Shown: positions 16,801 to 25,080, counted from the stretch's first letter. The stretch is DNA of 64,000 nt from Patescibacteria group bacterium (GCA_041649135.1 JBAZNQ010000002.1:143702-207701); one strand, 5' to 3'. A program made the numbers and translations. The notes: generated from the sequence alone by a model not told the origin.

Positions 16801-18477
16801 ACCAGCATTGTTGGTTCTGGTGCTTCTTCTACCACCGCTGCCACCATTGCCGGTTTGGGCTCTGCCATTACTTCGGCGGTTCTCGGCCTGACTACTGGTG
16901 GTTCGTTGGCGATTACGCTTGATTCGACCTCACCAACTGTCCAACAGGTCACCGCATCATTCTCAAGTAATGTTTCCGCTCCAGTTGCTCGCTTCAAATT
17001 TGCGGCTACAACTGAAGATGTTCGCCTTGAAATGATTCGTGTCACTGACCTTGCCGATGGTAATGATGTTGACTTCAAGTCAGCTGGTATCCACCTTTAT
17101 GAAGGTGGAACAATTGCCAAGGCATCTGATGGCACTTACAGCTTGTCAGGCGGTACCTTAATTGGTACTGGTACTTTGACTGGCACAGGTGCTGAAGCGG
17201 TAGATATTACTTTGAGCCCGGTGGTGATCGTTCCGGTCAACACCTCGAAGTACATCACTATCGTTGCTGACATCAACTCCATCGCTGGTGGTGCTGTATC
17301 CAAGCACATTCCAGCTCTTGGTATTGACCAAGACATTGCTACTGGTAACTGGACCGGTACTGATCCTGATTTCTCTGGCAACTTGCTTAACGTAAAGGCA
17401 AGAGGCGTGTCTTCAGGTGTCGGTATTGGTACTGCTGCCGCAGGTAGCGTCGACTTGATGGGTAATTCCGTCTATGTCGTTAAGACTAAGCTTGGTTTGG
17501 CAGTAAACAGCGCTTCTCCATCTGGTACACAGGTGAGGGTTCCTAACTTCACCATGTATAAGTTGAATGCTACAAACACTTCAACTGATACAGACGCCAG
17601 ATTACGTGCTGGTCTTTCAAAGGACACCGATTCCAACGCAGGTTGGTCAAACCAAGGCACTTTGGCGGCCTACACCACAGACACGACCAAGTATGTAGTT
17701 GGGGCTGGTAGCGTCAACTTTAACAAAGTTGACTTCACTGGCGACAGCACAGAGGGTATTAGTCAAGATGGTGGAGCAACAAGTTTTGCCACTAGCTATA
17801 CCCGTGTGAGCTACTGGGTTCGTTCAACGGCTGCCATTGCGGCTGGCGACCTGACCTTTGTCATGGCTACTGATGCGGCCTTAACTGCTGGCACAGTTAC
17901 CTCTGCTGTAACTGCCTGTGCCATCAACCAATGGTGTCGGATTGACGCGGCCATCACTCCAGGTGCCACTCGGTACTTTGGTGTCGTGGTCTCGCATGCC
18001 AGCAACCAAGATAACAAGACTATTAACGTAGATGGTATTACCTTCTACAACGATAGCCTTAAGCTGACCCTGACTGGTTCGACCACGATGATGTTCGCAA
18101 CAACTGCCAATACTCTTGCAAGTGGCGCGGTTGTTCTGAAGAACGGTAGTCAGACCCTTGCTACTGGTTACTACAACGGTGGCGGTACCGCTGGTCTTTC
18201 GACCACCTATGGTACAGTCACCTTCATCCCAGGGCAGAATAGTGGTGAAACAGAAATCACGATTCCTGCTGGTGGTATGACATTAGACTTTATTGCCGAC
18301 CTTACAACTCTTTGTACGGGTGCTGGTACATTGTCTATCCAGTTGCCGTTAGGTTCTGCAACCTATCTTGGTTCAGTCACTAATGGCCAGGTGTTATGGA
18401 ACGACAACAGTTCCACAACCACCATCGGTTGGGTTGACAGTCCAAACTCTCCGCTCTCTAGAGGTATGACCTTCTAG
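13828..18477 (+). CDS. Giant secreted cell-surface protein (1549 aa) built from repeated Ig-like / beta-sandwich modules of about 90 aa
   Basis: Signal peptide; recurring modules of the form ..(T/S)FT..G.SVD(S/T)DV(T/S).(V/L).L..G...G...; Thr/Ser/Gly/Ala-rich; no enzymatic motif recognised. Confidence 0.8.
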   Translation: MNSLLMKKASQLVAWTMTASTALWMAIPSAAAATPVYAFKWISQTPATVTADGVAHYVTANQGDTVTLSVTLQNTAGRVIKGKSSLPAAPAGYQVPIGSYGIGVRGDAQTPWIDASSFVLNGNRFVYYDGPDVAIGGNITMTFTVKVAATAANGTYNLYYKPVFDYEAWTRQTAWNGKILDKDKSDIFTRFYVGTTPTVNGNLNVGIASTTPAATSIAAGASDVPMANFTFTAGASDNALVSSIALTRTGLSVDTDVTGVKLYDGSTQLGSEQSFNTTTHKATFTGLAWLIPAGTSKTLTAWVSTASTNVGAVIQISIADAASVTLTGSGTIGGTFPATGNGFTLANVSVGTMDVIKTAAPAIGNILSGSTDQPIASFKFTSATEGFNINSVTFTETGTSVDSDVSNLRLKLNGVQIGSVMPALSGGMVTFTGSPLLSVPAGQNKTIYIDADIASGVTSQRTVVFQIYQASDVVAVGQNSHANVVILASGSAFTAQTGQAQTIIQGTLGVTRAATNLSAQSYVVGTAQAEVAKWKFSAGSNEGIKVTKLTFTNGGTSPTAADLQNARLYINGSAVATDDSGTVSATTIRFTNGNGLFTVPVSGNTEVTLKVDVSSSATASHTLKYYLSAVTDLEIYGLSSNAKIDSTTANITPITDVAVGVASDHTLAANGTLIVAAGSNTPPAANFSLGTSNFEFMQFTMQAISDAAQVTAITLHLFDDTSVLTNGTGADIGTGDVTNAKLYWWDGTSWTQLGSTINTPSTGTATFSFSHTIPVNTTETYKLVGDIPTGASLTNLFAGIGTDDDSVHIYDEVTASGVASGLAYTSGTYISAADYAYGSLFTKVTPTITATMSTVPIARTVVKNSNNVVLGRLLLAASAGEDINISTLRISADDTDISGNGSDSLASTNFSNIHLGADTNGDGTYELTTINKPFTDGGGSAIDYVTYSGSDFNNPTSWKIPSAGTLVVDILGNVLGSSGSWSFGMVDNAPVTSIVGSGASSTTAATIAGLGSAITSAVLGLTTGGSLAITLDSTSPTVQQVTASFSSNVSAPVARFKFAATTEDVRLEMIRVTDLADGNDVDFKSAGIHLYEGGTIAKASDGTYSLSGGTLIGTGTLTGTGAEAVDITLSPVVIVPVNTSKYITIVADINSIAGGAVSKHIPALGIDQDIATGNWTGTDPDFSGNLLNVKARGVSSGVGIGTAAAGSVDLMGNSVYVVKTKLGLAVNSASPSGTQVRVPNFTMYKLNATNTSTDTDARLRAGLSKDTDSNAGWSNQGTLAAYTTDTTKYVVGAGSVNFNKVDFTGDSTEGISQDGGATSFATSYTRVSYWVRSTAAIAAGDLTFVMATDAALTAGTVTSAVTACAINQWCRIDAAITPGATRYFGVVVSHASNQDNKTINVDGITFYNDSLKLTLTGSTTMMFATTANTLASGAVVLKNGSQTLATGYYNGGGTAGLSTTYGTVTFIPGQNSGETEITIPAGGMTLDFIADLTTLCTGAGTLSIQLPLGSATYLGSVTNGQVLWNDNSSTTTIGWVDSPNSPLSRGMTF

Positions 18478-18527
18478 TTAGCTGATTGTTACTAGTTTAG
18501 TAGTGGCGCTCTAAAACTACTTACAAT

Positions 18528-18556
18528 AAGACCCCCGACTTGTCGGGGGTCTTATT
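18528..18556 (+). terminator. Hairpin terminator after the giant surface-protein gene
   Basis: AAGACCCCCGAC-ttgt-GTCGGGGGTCTT, followed by ATTGATG (weak U-tract). Confidence 0.4.
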
Positions 18557-18582
18557 GATGAACAAACAGCTCTCTTCTCTTC

Positions 18583-18669
18583 GTCATTCCGGCCTACGAG
18601 CCGGAATCCAGAAAAGAACAGAAATGTTGGTTGTCTCTTTGCTAGATCCTGAAATGAATTCAGGATGAC
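18583..18669. repeat. MITE/REP-like palindromic element copy
   Basis: cGTCATTCCGGCCTACGAGCCGGAATCCAGAAAAGAACAGAAATG...CCTGAAATGAATTCAGGATGACac. Confidence 0.6.
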
Positions 18670-18701
18670 ACAACCAGTCAGTCATTTGATAAACTGAGTC
18701 T

Positions 18702-20231
18702 ATGAAGATATGGTCTAGCACAATCAGTTTTGCTCGTCGGTTCTGGTTTGCCACCGATTTAATCGACAAAACCCTTTTCTTGGGTTTGATGGTTTTGGTG
18801 GGTCGCGTAGCAACCGATCCGGATTTTGGCTGGCAACTTCGCGGCGGCCTAGATTTAATCAAGTCTTTTCACATTCCAAGTTTTGATCCATATTCCCATA
18901 CCTTAACCAACTACTCTTGGGTCAATCATGAATGGTTGAGCGAAGGCATTCTTGCTTTCATCTACCAGTATCTTGGCATGGCAATGGTTGTGTTGCTATT
19001 TGCGCTACTTACTATTGGTGCATTTTGGTTGGCTCTTTCAACATTTAAAATTAATCGCAAATCCAAACTTATTACTTTGGCTTTGGTCTTTATGGCCGAT
19101 ATGGGGCGATGGGGGATTCGCATGCAAGTCATCACTTGGTTTGGCATGGCGTTCATCCTTTGGTCTTTTGCCCAATATCGCTCTGGACGATTCAAACATC
19201 TCTGGTGGTATATTCCAATCTTTTGTTTGTGGGCAAATCTACACGGTGGCTTCACGGCTGGCCTTGGTATCTTTGGTCTGTTGGTCGCCATTGAGGCAGT
19301 CCGCTGGCTGTGGTGTACCTATGTCATCGATACCCCCGCTCAATCGAATACAATTCCGCTGTTAACTGCCCGTCAATTTGGTCATCTTGTACTGGTGGGT
19401 ATATTGTCTGGCGCCGCTACCTTTATCAACCCCTACGGTTGGAAACTTTATCTAGATTTTTATCATCTCTTCACTTCATCATTTGCCTTACAAAATATCG
19501 GCGAATGGCGCCCATTGCTGGACGCCTTTAATTCCGGCTCAGGGCACTGGCTATTATTTTATTTTATCGTCTTCTTTCTTTCGGCCATTATGGTTGCTCG
19601 CAAAATTGATTTTGCGCGCTGGATAGTTGCTTTTGTATTTTTATTGCTAGCTTGGTCAGCGACCAGAAACATCTCGTTTTTCTTATTAGTAAGTGCGGGC
19701 TTTATTGCTCAAGCTTTTGATTATCTTATGGCGCCAATTGCGCAGTGGTTGTCACATCGCCACTGGATGTTGCATACAGTTATTGGTGTAGCTGGGCTTT
19801 TTGTAATCATTCCAAATCTTTGGCCGCTTTTCACTCATGCCAACGATATTTCTGTTATTGCCCAGCTCAAAAGTTATCCACTAGCAGCTATCGAGTGGGC
19901 AAGAAATAATCCCGGCCAAGTCGGTACAAAATTATACAATACCTACAATCTAGGAGGATTTTTGGATTGGCAACTGCCAGAGCACAAGGTTTTTGTAGAC
20001 GGCAGAATGGCATACTGGCACAGCGGTGAGAAATATCCTTTTCAGGACTCGCTTGATATTGACGCAGGCAAGCCAGATGCGATTGCCAAAATGCAATCGC
20101 TCTATGGTGTCGACTGGGTGATTACCGATCCGCTCTTTCCACTTGCCGTGACTCTCAAAAACTCCTCTGACTGGGTCCAAATTTTTGCCGACGATGTAGG
20201 GGTTATCTATCGCAAGCGAACCATTTTGTAA
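18702..20231 (+). CDS. Polytopic integral membrane protein (about 12 TM helices), possibly a GT-C-type glycosyltransferase
   Basis: Many hydrophobic helices along 509 aa with conserved-looking periplasmic loops. The family assignment is tentative. Confidence 0.6.
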   Translation: MKIWSSTISFARRFWFATDLIDKTLFLGLMVLVGRVATDPDFGWQLRGGLDLIKSFHIPSFDPYSHTLTNYSWVNHEWLSEGILAFIYQYLGMAMVVLLFALLTIGAFWLALSTFKINRKSKLITLALVFMADMGRWGIRMQVITWFGMAFILWSFAQYRSGRFKHLWWYIPIFCLWANLHGGFTAGLGIFGLLVAIEAVRWLWCTYVIDTPAQSNTIPLLTARQFGHLVLVGILSGAATFINPYGWKLYLDFYHLFTSSFALQNIGEWRPLLDAFNSGSGHWLLFYFIVFFLSAIMVARKIDFARWIVAFVFLLLAWSATRNISFFLLVSAGFIAQAFDYLMAPIAQWLSHRHWMLHTVIGVAGLFVIIPNLWPLFTHANDISVIAQLKSYPLAAIEWARNNPGQVGTKLYNTYNLGGFLDWQLPEHKVFVDGRMAYWHSGEKYPFQDSLDIDAGKPDAIAKMQSLYGVDWVITDPLFPLAVTLKNSSDWVQIFADDVGVIYRKRTIL

Positions 20232-20277
20232 TCTAATCAATGTCGACTAGTCTCAGCCGCTGTATAATAGAGTTATT

Positions 20278-21498
20278 ATGAAAAATACATTTTCTTTAAT
20301 AGTCATCGGTTTGTTAATCAGCGGTTGGCTTGGCCTACAGCCAGCTAGTGCCGCCGTTTCTGCCCCTCGGGCATTTCTTGCCGAGGGCGGCATCGACCCA
20401 TTTTCTCTGCATTTATTTTGGATCAATCCTAGTGACTCCAATCTAGATCATATCAATATATATTTCTCCACCCTTCCGCTCACTAACTTTAGCGTTGTTG
20501 GCATTGCGACTGGCACGCAAGCTCAGCCAAATCAAAGAGGGGAATACATGTTGTCTGGTCTTACTGATAATCGAGGGACCGAAAATTATCATTATGTTTA
20601 CCTCACGGCTGTCGACATGACCGGCGCCGAAAGTGCCCCTACTGTTACCTTAAAAAGGCTGACTGGAGTTTCACCAGACTTAACCAGTACCGATCCAGTT
20701 GCTAGTTTAACTACGACTACCATCAACTCAACTTCACTGCGATTGAATTGGGATAACCCTGTCCAAAGCGATCTCTACCGAATCGCAATTTATCGTTCAA
20801 CGAATCCCAATGTGTTGCTAAACGATACGAATTTTGTTACTCGTCAGGTGGTTCTACCCAGCACAGCAGGTACATTTACCGACACGGCGCTTTTGTCCAA
20901 TACAACTTACTACTATCGGTTGGTGACAGAAGATGTAAAAGAGAATATCAGCGAACCAGCTGCAACTTTCGGCACCACTTTAGCTGCCCCTGTCACACCG
21001 CCAGTCACCCCGCCTGTCACACCTCCAGTCATCACCCCACCCACTCCCACAACTCCACCAGTAGTTATTCGACCATGGGCATTTGATTACCGCGCCGAGT
21101 GGATTAGTCAAAGCGGCACTATCTCGGCCGACAAAACTGCTCACGAAGTTTCGGGTTTTGCTGGCTCAACTATTGATTTAGAATTAACTCTCAAAAACAT
21201 TGGCAAAGCATGGTGGTATCCCACTACTCCAGACAGTGCCCACATCATCAAATTGGGTACTTGGATGCCCCAAGACAACGCCTCCACTCTCAAGGACAAC
21301 ACTTGGCTTGCTTCAAACCGAATCGTTCAAATCAATTCAACCACCGGCACTGGCTCAAATTCTACTTTCAAATTTAAAGTTGCTATCCCAGCCGATGCCG
21401 CCTCGGGTACGGTTTACAAATTCTATGTCCGTCCCGTCGCCGAGTGGGTGAAGTGGTTTGGCCCAACTGGCATTTTCTGGAACATCGTTGTCGACTAG
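20278..21498 (+). CDS. Secreted protein with fibronectin-III-like domains and a Pro/Thr-rich linker
   Basis: Signal peptide MKNTFSLIVIGLLISGWLGLQPASA; LRLNWDNPVQSDLYRIAIYRS...TYYYRLVTEDV (FN3-like); the linker APVTPPVTPPVTPPVITPPTPTTPP is encoded by a 9-bp tandem repeat. Confidence 0.7.
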   Translation: MKNTFSLIVIGLLISGWLGLQPASAAVSAPRAFLAEGGIDPFSLHLFWINPSDSNLDHINIYFSTLPLTNFSVVGIATGTQAQPNQRGEYMLSGLTDNRGTENYHYVYLTAVDMTGAESAPTVTLKRLTGVSPDLTSTDPVASLTTTTINSTSLRLNWDNPVQSDLYRIAIYRSTNPNVLLNDTNFVTRQVVLPSTAGTFTDTALLSNTTYYYRLVTEDVKENISEPAATFGTTLAAPVTPPVTPPVTPPVITPPTPTTPPVVIRPWAFDYRAEWISQSGTISADKTAHEVSGFAGSTIDLELTLKNIGKAWWYPTTPDSAHIIKLGTWMPQDNASTLKDNTWLASNRIVQINSTTGTGSNSTFKFKVAIPADAASGTVYKFYVRPVAEWVKWFGPTGIFWNIVVD

Positions 21499-21611
21499 AA
21501 TCACGAATTCAGAATTATGAATCAAGAGGGGACGGGAAAATGGGGCAGAATTATGAATTTGGAATTATGAATCAAGGGAGGGTAAAAATCAGGAATCAGA
21601 AATCATGAATT

Positions 21612-21995
21612 ATGGGGGAACAGGGGAAGATTAAGAGTTTTACCGACCTGAACGCTTGGCAAGAGGGGCATAAATTGGTTATCATGATATATGTCCTGAC
21701 TAAGACTTTCCCTGATGGGGAGACTTACGGACTTGTTAGTCAGATGCAACGATGCGCAGTGTCTATTACTTCCAATCTGGCTGAAGGCTTTAGCCGACAA
21801 TCATACAGAGAGAAGGTTCAGTTTTACTCTATATCACAGGGCTCCGTAACTGAATTACAAAACCAACTCCTAGTTGCTCGTGATGTTGGGCATGTCTCCC
21901 AATCACAATTTGAGCAACTTGCCAGTCAAGTCATCACTGTACATAAATTGGTTAGTGGGCTGATAAAAAGCTCCAAGTCATTCGTCCGTCCATAA
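21612..21995 (+). CDS. Four-helix-bundle protein of the '23S rRNA intervening-sequence protein' family (TIGR02436-like)
   Basis: AWQEGHKLVIMIYVLTKTFPDGETYGLVSQMQRCAVSITSNLAEGFSRQSYREKVQFYSISQGSVTEL is the family signature. Flanked by inverted AATTATGAATCA repeats. Confidence 0.75.
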   Translation: MGEQGKIKSFTDLNAWQEGHKLVIMIYVLTKTFPDGETYGLVSQMQRCAVSITSNLAEGFSRQSYREKVQFYSISQGSVTELQNQLLVARDVGHVSQSQFEQLASQVITVHKLVSGLIKSSKSFVRP

Positions 21996-22029
21996 TTCTT
22001 AATTCATTATTCATAATTCACTTATTCCT

Positions 22030-22386
22030 ATGAAGAAATGGCATTTTGGGCTAATCGGGCTAGTTATTATTGTCGGTGGACTTGCCGCCGGCGGTTATTT
22101 CTGGTGGAGACCAAGGGTTGCCAGCCAGTCTATTGTCGAGGCCGCCGATGCCTTTTTGGCAGGCAGAGACAACAATGATATTCTCGAATACGACAAAGCT
22201 CTAGACTTGGTCGACAAGGCGATTGCTTGGGGTAAGTATGATTCCACTATCGGAATATTTCGCGGCCAAGTCCTTGCTGGCTTGAGCCGCTATGACGAAG
22301 CCAGAGCCCAGTATGAAAAAATCCTTGCTGCTGACCCATCTGCCAAAGAAGCAGTTGAAGATTTGTTGAATCAACTGCCACAATAA
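22030..22386 (+). CDS. Membrane-anchored small TPR-like protein
   Basis: N-terminal TM (FGLIGLVIIVGGLAAGGYFWW) followed by helical repeats. Confidence 0.55.
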   Translation: MKKWHFGLIGLVIIVGGLAAGGYFWWRPRVASQSIVEAADAFLAGRDNNDILEYDKALDLVDKAIAWGKYDSTIGIFRGQVLAGLSRYDEARAQYEKILAADPSAKEAVEDLLNQLPQ

Positions 22387-22400
22387 TCAAATATCCAAAC

Positions 22401-22428
22401 AACCTCGACTTGTCGAGAAGGTTTTTTT
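22401..22428 (+). terminator. Rho-independent terminator
   Basis: AACCTCGAC-tt-GTCGAGAAGGTT followed by TTTTT. Confidence 0.6.
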
Positions 22429-22463
22429 AACGCTAATTTAATTGTCGGGCATGCAAAATTTTA

Positions 22464-22557
22464 CAAAAAGAAAGCCGACCTATTTTGGTCGCTCTTTTTG
22501 AATATTTAGCGCCCTAGGTCGGCTTGGGGGTACAAATACCCAGAAACCATCTCGCCG
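22464..22557 (+). repeat. Left copy of a ~92-bp direct repeat (about 88% identity) flanking the MerR-GHKL/STAS cassette; it contains a terminator-like hairpin
   Basis: CAAAAAGAAAGCCGACC-TATTTTGGTCGC...GCGCCCTAGGTCGGCTTGGGG-TACAAATACCCAGAAACCATCTCGCCG aligns with 23805..23895. Confidence 0.6.
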
Positions 22558-22647
22558 CTGTAGTCCAAGAACGAATCAAGATGGACGGGGGACACTCTAT
22601 ACCGATACTGATGTCGTAGGGGAGGGTTGAGGCAAAATCAGGTATTT

Positions 22648-22741
22648 TGTATAGATTTTTAGTCAAATGTATAGATTTTGTATTCTCGTCATGCTATATT
22701 TGGAAAAGAACTGTATAGATTCAGATTAAATTGTATAGGTT
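22648..22741 (+). promoter_or_regulatory. Four direct repeats of TGTATAGATT (the last is TGTATAGGTT) immediately upstream of the MerR-GHKL gene; a likely operator array or promoter
   Basis: Copies at 22648, 22668, 22712 and 22732; the ATG lies at 22745. Confidence 0.5.
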
Positions 22742-22744
22742 TCT

Positions 22745-23485
22745 ATGGAGCGCGAACTACTGAACATTGGGGAGACGGCAAAGATTTTGGGAATCACTCA
22801 ACAAACTCTTCGTCGATGGGATAAGAAAGGCATTCTGACAGCCATCCACCCTAGTGGTAGTCAGCATCGTTATTATCGCCCAGAAGACATCCAGGTATTA
22901 TTATTATCTCGCGACGATATTGTGCAAGCATCTTGGCGATGGGCAACTGCCGAACCACCCGTAGAACCGGCTTCGATGTATTATTGCCAGACCCGCGATG
23001 TGTTCACCGCGCGTTGGGAGCGGCTCGTCGGAGAATTGGCGCGCATCGTCTTGCGGGATGACGGGCAATCTAATCTTATTGCTGGCATTGCTAGCGAGAT
23101 TGGAAATAACTCCTTCGATCACAATATTGGAAATTGGCCAGATATACCGGGTGTCTTTTTCGGATACGATCTTAAGCGACGAGAAATCGTGCTGGCCGAT
23201 CGTGGTCGCGGAATCTTAACTACACTGCGTCAGACACGCCCCGAGCTCAAGAATGATTTAGAGGCCGTGGAGATGGCCTTCACAAAAGCAATTTCAGGTC
23301 GTGCGCCGGAGACACGCGGTAACGGGCTAAAATTTGTTAAGGCGGCAGTGCGTTCGGGAACGAGCATTTCTCTAGTATTTCAATCCGGAGTCGCTCAAAT
23401 TAGTTTAATGCGACGCAATTCACATTTATCTGTGCGTGTGGCTCATCCAGCAATTCAAGGCTGTCTGGCGATTATTAACTTTTAA
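22745..23485 (+). CDS. Fusion protein: N-terminal MerR-type HTH DNA-binding domain plus C-terminal RsbW/SpoIIAB-like GHKL (HATPase_c) serine-kinase/anti-sigma-type domain
   Basis: HTH: IGETAKILGITQQTLRRWDKKGIL...HRYYRPEDI. GHKL boxes: N-box EIGNNSFDH, G1 DRGRGI, G2 GNGLKF. Confidence 0.7.
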   Translation: MERELLNIGETAKILGITQQTLRRWDKKGILTAIHPSGSQHRYYRPEDIQVLLLSRDDIVQASWRWATAEPPVEPASMYYCQTRDVFTARWERLVGELARIVLRDDGQSNLIAGIASEIGNNSFDHNIGNWPDIPGVFFGYDLKRREIVLADRGRGILTTLRQTRPELKNDLEAVEMAFTKAISGRAPETRGNGLKFVKAAVRSGTSISLVFQSGVAQISLMRRNSHLSVRVAHPAIQGCLAIINF

Positions 23486-23497
23486 TCTAAATAGAAT

Positions 23498-23788
23498 ATG
23501 CGTATAGAATTAAAAAGATTTGGTACTACACTAGTTTCCCGTCCAGCCGGTAAAGACTCTTATTTAGCACACCGTGCGGCAATGTCAAAACTTGCAGTAG
23601 ATGAAGAAATCATATTTGATTTTGCGGGTGTGGATGTTTTAACCCCTTCTTGGGCCGATGAGTTTATTACGCCATTTGTAAAACAGTACCCAAATCAAAT
23701 CAAGTTTGAACATACGGATAATTTGTCGATTCGAGTGACATTGGATATCCTTCGACAGGTCTGGAGCGGTGCAGAAGACCTGGAGTAG
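23498..23788 (+). CDS. STAS-like (DUF4325-type) small protein, putative antagonist partner of the upstream GHKL kinase
   Basis: 96 aa; RFGTTLVSRPAGKDSYL...IIFDFAGVDVLTPSWADEFITPFV matches the DUF4325/STAS-like pattern. The gap to the kinase gene is 13 nt. Confidence 0.6.
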   Translation: MRIELKRFGTTLVSRPAGKDSYLAHRAAMSKLAVDEEIIFDFAGVDVLTPSWADEFITPFVKQYPNQIKFEHTDNLSIRVTLDILRQVWSGAEDLE

Positions 23789-23804
23789 GGAGCTCTACTT
23801 TAAT

Positions 23805-23895
23805 CAAAAAGAAAGCCGACCATTTTGGTCGCTTATAGTAAATATGAAGCGCCCTGGTCGGCTTGGGGTACAAATACCCAGAAACCATCTCGCCG
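23805..23895 (+). repeat. Right copy of the ~92-bp direct repeat flanking the MerR-GHKL/STAS cassette
   Basis: Aligns with 22464..22557. Confidence 0.6.
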
Positions 23896-24257
23896 TCTTC
23901 CCCCGAAGGGGAGATAACGCAGGGGCTAAAAACATTTTTGTTTTGGTTTTGTACCTAGGATCTTGCGATCCTAAGTTTTTAATTGCCCCGCGCGAGGACA
24001 GTAACGGGAGATAGGGCATCATCCCAAGGGATGTTTGCTCTCTCTTCCGTTAGCTTCTGGTCTAGTTGTGAAGGAACCCACTACCAAATTACTTCAGTAT
24101 ACACAAAAAATACCCATTTGGCAATAGTACACGCCTGTTTATCGTATAATTATCGCTCTGGAAGCCAAAAGATTTTTTCTTATCCACATTGATTTTGGCT
24201 GGACAATTTATCTAAAGTCAGTTAATCTCTAGCCAATCCCAATTGGAGGTTTTGTAC

Positions 24258-24446
24258 ATGTCGAAGTCCAGTAAGTCCGGCCAACGGTCCGGCAAGGAGC
24301 CACTCAAACAATCTGGTGCCACTAGCCAGACAGCAAAAGCTAAGGACATGCGAACCAAGCATGCGAAGAGGGAGGCCGACAAACAGGCTGCGAAGGCCGC
24401 TCGCAAGCGGGCTCGTCGTGGTTCGCCGCCCCCTAGCAAGGAGTAA
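24258..24446 (+). CDS. Small lysine/alanine-rich basic protein (62 aa)
   Basis: GGAGG 8 nt upstream of the ATG at 24258 (the track start is a TTG at 24243). Product MSKSSKSGQRSGKEPLKQSGATSQTAKAKDMRTKHAKREADKQAAKAARKRARRGSPPPSKE. Confidence 0.4.
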   Translation: MSKSSKSGQRSGKEPLKQSGATSQTAKAKDMRTKHAKREADKQAAKAARKRARRGSPPPSKE

Positions 24447-24532
24447 GCCTGTCGCTGGGAAGGCTTTCTCCCAGAATCACACATCTGTACCATTTACCCC
24501 GGGCAAGTCCCGGGGGTTCTTTTTGTCTTTTC

Positions 24533-24607
24533 TGGTCGGGGTGACAGGAATTGAACCTGCTGCCTCGCCGACCCGAACGGCGCGCGCTACCGATGCGCCA
24601 CACCCCG
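24533..24607 (-). tRNA. tRNA-Pro (anticodon CGG)
   Basis: Manual fold: acceptor CGGGGTG/CACCCCG, anticodon stem CGCCG/CGGCG with loop TTCGGGT, T-arm AGGTTCAATTCCT, CCA encoded. Confidence 0.75.
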
Positions 24608-24738
24608 ATTGGCATTTTGCTGGGGACCCCCGAAATGGTCTAGCGAAGCGAACATTTTGGGGAAGAGGAGAAACAATTGAGCGATCATAGCCGAATGGGC
24701 TTTTGCCCGTTTGTGCGTCGAGCGAAATTGTTTCGACG

Positions 24739-24814
24739 TGGAGCCGGAGGCGGGATTCGAACCCGCGACTTGCTGTTTACGAAACAGCTACTCTACCAAC
24801 TGAGTTACCCCGGC
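24739..24814 (-). tRNA. tRNA-Thr (anticodon CGU)
   Basis: Manual fold: acceptor GCCGGGG/CTCCGGC, anticodon stem CTGTT/AACAG with loop TCGTAAA, T-arm GCGGGTTCGAATCCCGC, CCA encoded. Confidence 0.75.
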
Positions 24815-25058
24815 GCTCAATTTATGATTTTGTCTACCAGCCCCAACGGGGCCCCTTTGGGGCTGAGCTAAGGCGGCATATCACAACAGCCAGATTACCT
24901 TTTTAGTATAACTTAGTCAAAGCTCCTGTCCCATTAAACGAATTGCGTCTACTTACTTTCTTCCGCCATTGGAGCGAGATCGTGATAAATCCCAAAACCT
25001 GTACCAATATTATTTTGGTTAGATTGGAATAAATTGAACAAATTGGTTAGATTTTAAT

Positions 25059-25080
25059 ATAAACGCCAGCTGGCGTTTAT
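25059..25080. terminator. Bidirectional hairpin (ATAAACGCCAGCTGGCGTTTAT) between convergent transcription units
   Basis: Perfect palindrome with A/T-rich flanks on both sides. Confidence 0.4.

Noticed and set aside
18528-22428. Two terminators sharing the core CGACTTGTCG (18528-18556 and 22401-22428) as a repeat family
   Set aside because: Only about 10 nt are shared, the stems are otherwise unrelated, and chance similarity of two GC-stem/TTGT-loop hairpins is likely.
24316-24906. Track ORFs 24316..24690, 24433..24615, 24677..24871 and 24703..24906
   Set aside because: They overlap the tRNA-Pro and tRNA-Thr genes, and their Arg/Pro-rich translations are typical of reading through tRNA sequence.
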